Made by a program: the position numbers and the translations under genes | Notes under the pieces: generated by a model | The model's input: only the letters and a program-made list of their open reading frames with translations | Told to the model about the DNA's origin: nothing | Database searches by the model: none | Shown here: piece by piece, positions 12,490-24,044 of the stretch | How the letters are laid out: each line of letters opens with the position of its first letter | Numbering within the stretch: the first letter of the stretch is position 1 | NCBI RefSeq assembly: GCF_001194135.2 | Contig: NC_068981.1 | Coordinates: 118,484,252 to 118,537,605 of the forward strand | Origin: Octopus bimaculoides | Taxonomy: Eukaryota | Direction: 5' to 3' | Length of the DNA: 53,354 bases

Positions 12490-12989
12490 GTATATNNNNN
12501 NNNNNNNNNNNNNNNNNNNNNNNNNNNNNNNNNNNNNNNNNNNNNNNNNNNNNNNNNNNNNNNNNNNNNNNNNNNNNNNNNNNNNNNNNNNNNNNNNNNN
12601 NNNNNNNNNNNNNNNNNNNNNNNNNNNNNNNNNNNNNNNNNNNNNNNNNNNNNNNNNNNNNNNNNNNNNNNNNNNNNNNNNNNNNNNNNNNNNNNNNNNN
12701 NNNNNNNNNNNNNNNNNNNNNNNNNNNNNNNNNNNNNNNNNNNNNNNNNNNNNNNNNNNNNNNNNNNNNNNNNNNNNNNNNNNNNNNNNNNNNNNNNNNN
12801 NNNNNNNNNNNNNNNNNNNNNNNNNNNNNNNNNNNNNNNNNNNNNNNNNNNNNNNNNNNNNNNNNNNNNNNNNNNNNNNNNNNNNNNNNNNNNNNNNNNN
12901 NNNNNNNNNNNNNNNNNNNNNNNNNNNNNNNNNNNNNNNNNNNNNNNNNNNNNNNNNNNNNNNNNNNNNNNNNNNNNNNNNNNNNNNNT

Positions 12990-13290
12990 ATTAGAACGGA
13001 TCACAAAAGTACAGTTTCCAAAATTACTGCAGAGCTTAATGACCATCTCGAGAACCCAGTTTCCACAAAACCTGTTTACCAGGAGCTGCACAAAGCCGGA
13101 TTTCACAGGAGGGCTGCAATCAGAAAACCGCTACTTTCAAAAACAAACGTTGCAAAGCGTTTAGAGTGGAGTAAAAACCTACATAGTTGGTCCCTAGAGC
13201 AGTGGAAGAATGTTATTTTCTCGGGCGAGTCATCCTTTACCTTATTTTTCGACCAAAGGCCGAGCATACGTATGGAAACAAACGTATGTG
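12990..13290 (+). pseudogene. Tc1-type transposase fragment (HTH to first catalytic Asp region)
   Basis: IRTDHKSTVSKITAELNDHLENPVSTK..LHKAGF..AAIRKPLLSKTNVAKRLEWSK..WSLEQWKNVIFSGESSF; canonical Tc1 W..VIFSDES motif with D changed to G. Confidence 0.9.
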
Positions 13291-14449
13291 AGGCAAACTA
13301 CAATGGTGGAGATGAATAAATTAAGTCGATTGATGTTATTGAGTATTGCTTTAAAAGTTGTCATTGTTAAGAGTTTTGGCCGTGATGTTATTTTTTTGTG
13401 TAACTAAAATAAAATGACTGTTTCAAGTGATATGTTCCTGGGCAAAATAAGGAGAAACCATCGATCTATTTCAACTAGTAGGGTAATATTTTGTATATAT
13501 CATTGCAATTATACGTTTATTACTTTTAATGAGGTACTTATCGACCCGTCAGTTATAAAAGGCTGCAATGATTCCGATAGAATTTCTTAACTCAGACTAA
13601 AGAAACAGATCTATATACTTCAAATTGATTTAAATAGACTTTCCATTCTCTCGCTTATCCCCGTCATTTTTAAAAACCCAATCATATTACCAAACATTTT
13701 AGGTAATTTTATTCTACTGAAACTTTTACTTCTTGTTCAATAAATTAATTCATTCTTGTATTAATTTACTAATTCATTTCATTACTTATTAATATGAAAT
13801 GAGATCAATATTTAGCTAGAGCCAACACTTCTTAAACAGTCTCTCTCTTTCCCACTCTTTCTCGCTTTCTCTCTCTCTCTCTATCTATCTATTTATCTAT
13901 TTATCTCTCGGCATACACATACACGCACATACACGTGCATATATACATACATATTTATACGTACACATACTTCACAATTTTTCGTTCAAATCCCTTGTGG
14001 TATTGCTTGGTCAATGGCTTAAGTCTTAATTGACGGTGACATTTTCTACTGTTTCCCATGAATAGTTGATGAAGATAACATTTACAAGGAAATAGTTCAA
14101 ACCGTTATGAGATCAATTGTGTAATTGTATAAACAGAGAAACAAAACATATTAATCCAACGCAAATTTATATACTTCTTTGTGTTTTTCAAACAATAGCA
14201 AAGGATAAGAATGATTGAAAATGTAATATGTATACTAAAACAATTGGTGTCTGTTTTCAGAGTAACACAATGGATTAATATGGTGTCGACTTATTGCTCA
14301 ATGAGTCTCTGTCTCCTATCCTCTGCTATCGATGCACAATATTCATGGGACAAAGTTTTTGATGCTGGTTAGCTCAAATCACCAGAGCCAAATGACATAC
14401 AGAAAACAATGATTTAGAAAGTAACGCAAAATTTCTACCATAAGTGTAA

Positions 14450-14616
14450 GAGTAACAGTGTGGCAAGAAGTTAGCGTCCCAACCACTTGGATCTGAGTTC
14501 AGTCCCAGTGTGTGACAACTTGGGCAAGTGACTTCTGCTATAACTCCGGACAGACCAAAGTTTTGTGAGTGGATTTGGTAGGTGCACAGAAACTAAAAGA
14601 GGCGCGTTGTATATGT
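14450..14616 (+). mobile_element. SINE family B, 5' half (diverged)
   Basis: CCCAACCAC..GAGTTCAGTCCCA..CTTGGGCAAGTGACTTCT..GACCAAAG..TTGTGAGTGGATTTGGTAG matches the 52000 copy. Confidence 0.8.
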
Positions 14617-14637
14617 TTCTGGACTGACATTACAGCC

Positions 14638-15286
14638 AGTCCAGAAACCGATCCACGTGAGTCCAAATACTTGAATGTATGCTGAGAGATTGTTCAGCCC
14701 GTTTGCCTTCAAACAATTGATTTCTGTAGTTATTACCAGTGTATTTTGGTGATTTAAATAAGAGTTTTGACTGTTATTTCCAGCAGGTAGACATACTTAG
14801 TATACTCTTTGATTAATTTTAATCCTTCAGCTATTTAATGCCTTTTGAGGGCCTGCAATCGACTATATTATTGATTCTGTTATTATCATTTTTAATTGTT
14901 ACACTAGATGATAATAGAGTCAGTGATATTTTCGCAAATATTTTTCTCCTGAATTATTTGCTCCATATTGAAATTATTTTCACACTGGTGGCAGCCATGA
15001 TTCGGCGCAAAACGAATGAGTTGCAGCGCAGACTTCAATGTGACGGGCTGGAGCTCTCCATCTTGGTAACGCGTGCAGAGGAAGGTGAAGCTGTAATATC
15101 AGTCCAGAAACCGGTCCACGTGAGTCTAAATACTGGAATATATGCTGAGAGATTGTCTTAGTCCATTTGCCTTCAGACTGTTGATTTCTGTAATTATTAT
15201 CAGTGTATTTTGTCGATCTAAATAAGAGTTTTGACTGCTGTTTCCAGCATACTTAGTATATCCTTTGATTAACTTTAATCTTTCAG

Positions 15287-15289
<3 letters not shown>
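14638..15289 (+). repeat. Diverged ~195-bp direct repeat pair (14638-14834 and 15101-15289)
   Basis: Both copies run from AGTCCAGAAACCG.TCCACGTGAGTC to TTTGATTAA.TTTAATC.TTCAGCTAT. Confidence 0.9.
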
Positions 15290-15320
<31 letters not shown>

Positions 15321-15406
15321 GTCAGGATTTGACTGCTATTTTTTCAGCGTGGTGGTATCTCTTGATACCTTGTATTATAATTATATATATATATATATAT
15401 ATATAT

Positions 15407-15538
15407 ACCAAATCCACTTACAAGGCTTTGGTTAGCCCGAAGGTATTGTAGAAAATACTTGCCCAAGGTACCATGCAGAAGGACTGAAGCCAGAACCATG
15501 TGGTTGGGAAGCAAGTTTCTTATCACACAGCCACTCCG
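15407..15538 (-). mobile_element. SINE family B, 5' half
   Basis: CCAAATCCACT.ACAAGGCTTTGG..ACTTGCCCAAGGT..AACCATGTGGTTGGGAAGCAAG..CACACAGCCAC. Confidence 0.85.
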
Positions 15539-16089
15539 CTGAAGTAAGTGACTAACAGCAGTTGGCAAAAAAAACCTTTCTAGTAATTCTGCTCAGTAAT
15601 TCTGCTTATTGACTAACATATAAACCATGACGAACAAATTTAGCACGAAAAAAAGTTAGTGTGGATCTGAGTTGATAAAACTAGTTGCTAATGAAATTCG
15701 TAAAATAACATAATTTCGTATTTCCTAAAGAAAAGTGAGAACGAACCTTTTAGGATACGCGAAGTTTATTGAGAAGTTGTAATTGCCCTCCTTCATTTTA
15801 TCGAAGAATGACCTTACTTCAAACGTCAATACCTATCTCTACTCAGGATTCACGAACATATCTTGTTTAACGAAACATTATATCTTGAACAGTCTGACAC
15901 GTGTGATACTGAATATACCGAAAGTGTATATCTTCATTTCAACCTCAGTTGAAATGGAGATATTTAGGTTGAAAAGCACTTATGTTTTCTCTGAGGAACA
16001 ATTAGATTTAACCATACATACATACCCGAACGCACCACACTTGCATCCTAACAAATACATATGCACTTATCTAACATACAATAAAACAT

Positions 16090-16100
16090 TGGTTAGTTGG

Positions 16101-16131
<31 letters not shown>

Positions 16132-16448
16132 GTTAGTTAGTTGGTTGGTTGCTTAATTGGTTGATTGGTTGGTTGGTTGGTTAATTGGTTGGTTGGTTAA
16201 TTGGTTGATTGGTTGGTTGGTTGGTTGGTTGGTTGGTTAATTGGTTGGTTGGTTGGATTATTGGTTAGTTGGTTGGTTGGTTGGTTGGTTAATTGGTTGG
16301 TTAATTGGTTGATTGGTTGGTTGGTTGGGTGGTTGGTTGGTTGGTTAATTGGTTGGTTAAATGGTTGGTTAATTGGTTGGTTGGTTGGTTGGGTGCTTGC
16401 TTGGTTGGTTAATTGCTTGCTTGCTTGCTTGGATGCTTGGTTGGTTGG

Positions 16449-16492
<44 letters not shown>

Positions 16493-16540
16493 TTGGATAA
16501 TCGGTTGGTTGGTTGGTTGGTTAGTTGGTTGGTTGGTTTC
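16090..16540. repeat. Compound (TTGG)n/(TTGC)n tetranucleotide repeat
   Basis: Direct; it explains the WLVG/LLAC ORFs. Confidence 0.95.
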
Positions 16541-16742
16541 TCCAGTCGGAATTTACATCGTAAACAGAAGAGTGAGAGAAAGAAAACAGAGATACAGAGA
16601 ATAAACATAATAGGTGAAGGATGAGTGAAAATACAAGGCTTGAATGCAGACAATGAGTAAATAGATGCCTACTCATACACACAGTAAGAGAGAAAGAATC
16701 ATACAGACAGAAGAGGAGAAGGCCGAATGGGAGTATATATAT

Positions 16743-16935
16743 TTTTATTTGTTTCACTCATTTGACTGTGGCCATGCTGTAGCATCGCCTTTAAAATTTT
16801 TTAGTCAAACAAATCGACCTGATACTTATTCTATCGATCTCTTTTGCCGAACAGCTAGATTACGGTGACATAAACACATCGACACCGGCTGTCAAGAGTG
16901 ATAGGGAGACAAACATAGACACAAAGATACACACA
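16743..16935 (-). mobile_element. SINE family B, 3' half
   Basis: TTGTTTCACTCATTTGACTGTGGCCATGCTG..CTCTTTTGCCGAAC..GACAAACATAGACACA; same as the 12229 copy. Confidence 0.85.
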
Positions 16936-17001
16936 CAAACTTACACACACGCAAGCATAGACATACATACACGCACATATGCACACACATGCACATATAT
17001 A

Positions 17002-17622
17002 TACGAGATCTGATCAATAAGTATCCATAGTAACGAAGCTAAAGCACGAGTGGTTGAGATGTTTCCAGGATGGCCGAAAAAATGTCGATATTGACGAGCG
17101 TTCTGAGAGATGTGCAACCAGCAGAATTGAGAAAAACATCGCAGATGTGCGTGCAGCTGTGAGGGGAAGTCGTCGAATCATCGTCCGTGACTTATCAGAG
17201 GATGTGCAGATTAGTTGCAGTTCAGTTCAGTCCATAATCACTGAAGATTTGGGTATGAGACGCATGTCTACCAAGCTTGTGCCAAAACTGCTTTCAGCTG
17301 ACCAAATAGATACTCGGGTTTCAGTTTCACAAGATCTCCATGATTATGTCGCTCGTGAACGATGGAAACTTTTTGAAAACTTTGCGTAAGCCCCTGAGCA
17401 GGTATCGCCAAGCTTTTGACAAAATTTGATGCAGATTCTCTGCTCAACTTCCTCTCTCATGGTCAATGCGACGATCACACGCTACACACCTTCCTTCCAA
17501 ACACTGCTGTAAACAGAAGAAGTTAGCTAGAACATTAAAACTTAGTGTACATGCACAAGATAGTTTAAGGTCAAGCTGTGCCTGGCAGCTTTACTCTCCG
17601 AGCTTTAGATTCGTTACTATGG
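17002..17622. mobile_element. Rearranged non-autonomous mariner derivative (part of the transposase on +, 5' end inverted on -)
   Basis: The + frame reads CFQDGRKNVDIDERS..VRGSRRIIVRDLSEDV..ITEDLGMRRMSTKLVPKLLS (HTH plus WVPxxL-like motif). The minus strand of 17385-17622 is the 5'UTR plus M..VEQRICIKFCQKLG and matches 30110-30330. A 24-bp inverted repeat spans 17025-17048 and 17599-17622. Confidence 0.85.
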
Positions 17623-17631
17623 CTCAACCAA

Positions 17632-17700
17632 TTGCACGTTAATTTTACGGCTGTTCCGTTGATCCGATTAACTGGAACCGTCGTCGTCGTAACCGACGTA
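17632..17700 (+). mobile_element. SINE family C, 3' end
   Basis: Matches the reverse complement of 11718-11800. Confidence 0.7.
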
Positions 17701-18214
17701 CATATATATTTNNNNNNNNNNNNNNNNNNNNNNNNNNNNNNNNNNNNNNNNNNNNNNNNNNNNNNNNNNNNNNNNNNNNNNNNNNNNNNNNNNNNNNNNN
17801 NNNNNNNNNNNNNNNNNNNNNNNNNNNNNNNNNNNNNNNNNNNNNNNNNNNNNNNNNNNNNNNNNNNNNNNNNNNNNNNNNNNNNNNNNNNNNNNNNNNN
17901 NNNNNNNNNNNNNNNNNNNNNNNNNNNNNNNNNNNNNNNNNNNNNNNNNNNNNNNNNNNNNNNNNNNNNNNNNNNNNNNNNNNNNNNNNNNNNNNNNNNN
18001 NNNNNNNNNNNNNNNNNNNNNNNNNNNNNNNNNNNNNNNNNNNNNNNNNNNNNNNNNNNNNNNNNNNNNNNNNNNNNNNNNNNNNNNNNNNNNNNNNNNN
18101 NNNNNNNNNNNNNNNNNNNNNNNNNNNNNNNNNNNNNNNNNNNNNNNNNNNNNNNNNNNNNNNNNNNNNNNNNNNNNNNNNNNNNNNNNNNNNNNNNNNN
18201 NNNNNNNNNNNNNN

Positions 18215-18277
<63 letters not shown>

Positions 18278-19936
18278 ATTTATGCATTTATTCGAAAGGA
18301 GAAATCTTAGTACACGGCAAAGATTCCGACTTGTTTCCTTCATTTTTTCCAAATACTTGTCTGAATTACATCCTTTCATTGCCGATACTCTGTACATCTT
18401 CGAGGCAAAACACTTAGTTTAGTCTAAAATATGTGCCCTGCTGTTGACAACAAGTAAAGCAACAGCTACAACAATTTGAGTAATACAACCAGGGATTTTA
18501 CCAAAAATGAAAGGGTGAAATATAACTCCAGCAGAATTTGCACCATGGAAACAGAGGAATGACACTTTATACCGCCCGTACGTTTTAATTACTTCCAGTC
18601 TTCACCACTGCCCTTCCAATGAGCAACGGTAAATTTTCTTGTGGTTCATTTTATTTATATATTGAGGGAAATCAGAAGTTATGAATATGATATAAGGGTA
18701 GGGGAGCAAAATTAGTAACCGGGGTAAAATGAGTAATTTCTGATTTCATATTATTTTCTCCCAACCTATTTCTATTTGAAATCATTACATTGCAAGTATT
18801 TTATCATCACTTTGTACTGTTGCATCACTTTTAAGTTGTTTTTTTTAGACTTGTTTCCTTAATTTCATGTCATACGCCATTTTTTCCTGATCCTCCTTCA
18901 ATTTAACAAAGATATTAAAATTTTTTGTTGCATTTCTGATCTTTCTGATGTCTAAGGATGGATATTGATGTGTATGAGTTTTCAAATTTAATTCTGGAGA
19001 ACTGAAGGGGCAAATTTACCTTAACTTAGCTTATTCATTTTATCCCAGATAAATTTATTTTTTATATACTCAGAGAGAACGGTGATAATTTTCTAAACTA
19101 GTGTTCTGAATATGTTATAGTGTTTTTAATGCATTTAGAGAAGATCATTCGCTTAGCTAATAGAGTTTTTATAAAGAAAGATATTTTTTTCTCAAAGTCA
19201 AAAATGCAGTAGAAACTCCTCAATTGATCACCCCCAATTTTTTATTTCACCAGAACATCAACAATAATACGAAAACAAAAGATGTAATAATCCANNNNNN
19301 NNNNNNNNNNNNNNNNNNNNNNNNNNNNNNNNNNNNNNNNNNNNNNNNNNNNNNNNNNNNNNNNNNNNNNNNNNNNNNNNNNNNNNNNNNNNNNNNNNNN
19401 NNNNNNNNNNNNNNNNNNNNNNNNNNNNNNNNNNNNNNNNNNNNNNNNNNNNNNNNNNNNNNNNNNNNNNNNNNNNNNNNNNNNNNNNNNNNNNNNNNNN
19501 NNNNNNNNNNNNNNNNNNNNNNNNNNNNNNNNNNNNNNNNNNNNNNNNNNNNNNNNNNNNNNNNNNNNNNNNNNNNNNNNNNNNNNNNNNNNNNNNNNNN
19601 NNNNNNNNNNNNNNNNNNNNNNNNNNNNNNNNNNNNNNNNNNNNNNNNNNNNNNNNNNNNNNNNNNNNNNNNNNNNNNNNNNNNNNNNNNNNNNNNNNNN
19701 NNNNNNNNNNNNNNNNNNNNNNNNNNNNNNNNNNNNNNNNNNNNNNNNNNNNNNNNNNNNNNNNNNNNNNNNNNNNNNNNNNNNNNNNNNNNNNNNNNNN
19801 NNNNNNNNNNNNNNNNNNNNNNNNNNNNNNNNNNNNNNNNNNNNNNNNNNNNNNNNNNNNNNNNNTATATATATATATATATACATGTGTGTGTGTGCAC
19901 ACACACACATACATACATACATACATACACAGATAG

Positions 19937-19986
<50 letters not shown>

Positions 19987-20194
19987 ATGTATGTATTCTC
20001 CCTCTCTATGTATCTTTCTCTCTATCTATCTAACTGTTGACGTGAGTTCAATTGGTTCAAACTCATCGAGAAGCGATCACTTGGTAAACAATCTCGTCGC
20101 AATGGTCGTCATCACTTGTGATTATCTTGTGGTTGAGAAAGATATTCAACTGAAGAATCCCTGCTAGATTCAACGTACAAATTAACTGTTTCAA

Positions 20195-20470
20195 AAGTGA
20201 TGACGCATGGTTTGGTGGTCACAGTATTTGGCACACGATCGTAAGGTCGTGACTTCCATTCCCGATGGCGTTTTGTGTGTTTGAGCAAGACACTTAATTT
20301 CTCGTTGCTCCAGTTCACTCAGTTGGCAAAAAATGAGTAATACGAAGGACCGATCTTGTCGCATTCTGTATCACGCTGAATCTCCACGAGAACAACGTTA
20401 AGGGTACGTTTGTCTATGGAGTACTCACTCATTACTAGGTTAATTTCACTGACGGAGAGATGACGAGACC
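20195..20470 (+). mobile_element. SINE family C (tRNA-like head, TGAGCAAGACACTT motif)
   Basis: Degraded A/B boxes, then TGTGTTTGAGCAAGACACTTAATTTCTCGTTGCTCCAG; the 3' part matches 11780-11845 on the reverse strand. Confidence 0.7.
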
Positions 20471-21180
20471 ATAACTGTTTCACAAAATTAATCAAACAAA
20501 ACTATAGATTTGAAGGCTGGCCGACAGGGCTAGATAGAGACTGAGCTTGTTTCGGCTTTTAGTGAACTTCAGCCTCACAAAACACCCGTTTGTTGTAGTT
20601 TTACCTTCGTAGCTCAAAATAGAAGTATCCATACATAGTACATAATTACGATTAAATAGCATTTCACATAGCAAGCAACACAATTGATGTGTTTTTGTCG
20701 AAAATTTGGTGGATAGTTTGATACTTTATCAATACAACCAGACGCGATTCTCTTTGTATGATACTATAACGCACGCACGCCTATAGGTTTGTTATTTATA
20801 AGACACAATTACAAATTTAATTTTTTAAAAAGGTGCTAAAGTCCTTCTCCAAATCCCTTGTACTGTTTAAATTTAAAGTTAATTGACTGAATTCGTTAAC
20901 ACAAAGTTCGACTACAAAAATTCAAAACAATTTTGTTCGGATGACACTCTTTTCCTCTCTATGATTTTCGATTATGGTCAAATAAATTGCTCTTTTATTC
21001 TATGACGGCTAGCATCAGTTAATGAAAGAGCTGAAGATAACTAGGATTTAATGCAGATTTTACAAACCGGGGCTCTCTGAAACAGAGGTTCCACACGAGG
21101 TTCCGCGAGAAATACAATAAGTAGACTAATCACGTGCAAATGCATTTTTAATTAGTTTAATATTCAATTCTATCTTTTAT

Positions 21181-21364
21181 TTTTTGCTTCTTTCAGTTAT
21201 TAAACTGCGGCCAAGTGCTGGAGCTCCGCTCTGAAGAATTTTAGTCGAACGAATTGATCGCACTACTTATTTATTTTTTTAAGCCTGGTACTTAGTTTAT
21301 CGGCTTCTTTTGCCGAAATGCTACATTACGAGGGAAGTAAACACACCAGTACCGGTTGTCACAT

Positions 21365-21398
<34 letters not shown>

Positions 21399-21520
21399 GG
21401 ATACATATATATGTGTGTGTGTGTGTGTGTCACTCATCCAAAGTACCAAGCAGTGGAACTGAACCCGGAAGCAAACGGATGGAAAACAAACTTCTTACCA
21501 CATAGTCACGCCAACTCCTA
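21181..21520 (-). mobile_element. SINE family B with both halves, an internal (CA)n/(TG)n tract and a deletion
   Basis: 3' half (ACTGCGGCCA..TTAGTCGAAC..AAGCCTGGTACTTA..TTTGCCGAA), then the microsatellite, then head remnant GAACTGAACCCGGAA..CTTCTTACCACA. Confidence 0.8.
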
Positions 21521-21849
21521 TTCATAATCTCTTTTATTATATTCGCTCAACATATCCGAAATCCTGCCATCTGGAGTTAGTAAGGGGATCCTACAGGAAA
21601 GTGAATATGTAATTGGACATTCTTAGAGGAAAATTTCATTAAAATATGTTGCATGGTATTTTCTGCATCATTCCTTATTTATACAAATACCTTGCTTCGT
21701 TCCATTGTGAAAAATTGTAATTATCGAGGTAAAGAATTTAATCAAGTAAACCAAGTGTGTCTGCTGACTCGATCGGTGCGACAATAATGCATGAGATGAG
21801 GGCCATGAAAAGCAAAAATTCTATACTTTTGGAATGTTTCAGAATCATT

Positions 21850-21990
21850 ATCTAGTCGAACATGCTCGGACATTTTTAACATGCATCTCCGCCATCTATC
21901 TCCGTCTTGCATTGGTTGAAGGAGGTTTTCAGGGAAGCATCCAGTGTCCCTGGTAAGCTGATCTACATACGTTGTGTTCAGACAACCAGC
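21850..21990 (-). pseudogene. RTE-clade LINE 3'-terminal fragment
   Basis: TTYVDQLTRDTGCFPENLLQPMQDGDRWRR resembles the RTE ORF C-terminus (TY.DQL..DTG....L...M.DR..WR). Confidence 0.7.
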
Positions 21991-22022
21991 TGTGTGTGTA
22001 TATGTATATATGTATATATGTA

Positions 22023-22084
<62 letters not shown>

Positions 22085-22885
22085 TAAAAATTAAAAAATA
22101 TAAAAAAGTGTTTTGTATTATCGTGCATAGAGGAAGGGAATATATCATTTAAAAGAGTTCCAATTCTGTCTGTTTTTCATGTTTTATTTATATTCTTATA
22201 AAATTAATGTGGGATATAGAATATGGAATATATAATATAAATAGTAAAATGAAATGAAGTATTGAATGTCTTATTGAATATATGAAATGTTGAGTATTAA
22301 ATATAGAGTATTAAATATATAAGAACTGGTATACTTTCCTGCCTCATGGCAATCATCTGAGGTGCATCACTTAACTCGCAAAATCCAACATAAGTAAATG
22401 AGATGACTGAAAAGCGTTATAGAAGTATAGAAAAACAAATACAACTAAAAACTGTTTGTAAATTGTTTTATTTCGCAAGCTTCACAAAACAATCTTAATT
22501 TTTCGTATCGATATCACCAGATATTCTTATAAATCTTTTAGAAATCTTGTAAGTCTTGTAGAAATATCAAATATAGCGTATTAATATTATTTAGTTCTAA
22601 ATGTTAATGAGTTCGAGCTTTAAAATTGGAATTAAAAATATATTGTATATATAATCGTACATATTTACGATAGGAAGTGGAAAACGTTCTATAATGACAT
22701 TTTTAGCTGAGAAGCTGAAAGGTAGGTTGCAGTCATTGCCTGCAGTACGAGATTAACCTCGTTTTGGATTGATGAATGCAATATACTGGATGGTGTCATT
22801 AGACTACCACTCCTACAAACCGTATTATTTTGCCTGATAAAAGCAAATTATTCAATGAACATATTCAATCTATATTGTCGTTCAT

Positions 22886-23015
22886 CTTTTACTTGTTTCA
22901 GCCATGAAACTGCGGCCATGCTTGAGCACCGCCTTGAAGGGGTTCAGCCTGATACTCGTTATACCGGCCTCATAAGTCGAACCGCTAATTTACGGGGATA
23001 AACACAGACACAAAG
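22886..23015 (-). mobile_element. SINE family B, 3' half (deleted)
   Basis: CTTTTACTTGTTTCAGCCAT..ACTGCGGCCATGCT.GAGCACCGCCTT..CGAACCGCTAA.TTACGGGGA. Confidence 0.8.
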
Positions 23016-23019
23016 ACGT

Positions 23020-23122
<103 letters not shown>

Positions 23123-23138
23123 AGATAAAAAGAGAATG

Positions 23139-23315
23139 AAAAAACAACAGAAGGCTTGTGTTATATGGTTAAAGTATATATCTAAATCGTTATGTTAGAA
23201 AAATGTTATCAAATTTTGAGTATAGAAACATTACTCAAAATTTTATAACATTTTTCTCACATAACGATTTAAATATATACTTTAACCATATAACACAAGC
23301 CTTCTGTAGTTTTTT
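23139..23315. repeat. Near-perfect palindrome (76-bp core arms, 9-nt loop)
   Basis: 23147-23222 versus the reverse complement of 23232-23307 shows 3 mismatches. It extends outward by about 8 bp with 1 mismatch. Confidence 0.95.
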
Positions 23316-23574
23316 GCACACGGTCATCTCGGTCACTTATGCATCATAAGCCTGTCCCCCAAGCAGGTAAGGTGATATAATTTGAAAGCTGTAACAGTGT
23401 TCTGTATAGTAATATACTATTTTCAAAGCTCTCTCAGAAGTTGTAATCCCCGCTTATAAGAATAAATAGCAATGCAATTAATACGCTGCAGACACTTGCA
23501 CGCTTTATCGCAAAATGGCTATTTTGGGTAAATTAAATGTACCTACGTTAACTGTTGTTATTCTATAACTGAAA

Positions 23575-23820
23575 AGTGGCGATCTCGCAGATTCGTTAGC
23601 ACGCTGGACAATTTGTTTAGCAGCAATTTTTTTTTTTTTTTTTTTTTTTTTTTNNNNNNNNNNTACCTTCTGCGTTCAAATTCCGCCAAGGTCAACTTTG
23701 TCTTTCATCTTTAAGGGGTCGATAGAGTATGTACCAGTTGAGCACTAGGGTCAATGTGATCGACTAACCATTCCCAAAATATTTCAGACTGCGTGCGTGT
23801 AGTAGAAAGGATTATTCTAT
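23575..23820 (+). mobile_element. SINE family A interrupted by poly(T) and a small gap
   Basis: GGCGATCTCGCAGATTCGTTAGCACGC..GTTCAAATTCCGCCAAGGTCAACTTTG.CTTTCATC..GGGGTCGATA..GTACCAGTTG. Confidence 0.85.
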
Positions 23821-24044
23821 CACTGGAAATTTTATCTCTAATATTTTGACTAGTAATGCCATCCCTTCAGTTATATACTTATGAATATCGTACAAAGAAA
23901 AAATAATTACTCAGCTACGACCCTTACCTGGTGCAGGCCCTTCTTAGGTCTCATACCTCTATCTGAGGTTTAGGTAAATAATAGGGAATGTATTCCAGAT
24001 TATGCTATTTTCTGGATAGAAGACTAGATTCTACATTAATATTA

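Noticed and set aside
14261-14367. Candidate 107-nt exon (TTTTCAG acceptor, G|GTTAG donor, open frame VTQWINMVSTYCSMSLCLLSSAIDAQYSWDKVFDA)
   Set aside because: The peptide is unrecognised, the donor is weak, and there are no partner exons. It needs RNA-seq evidence.
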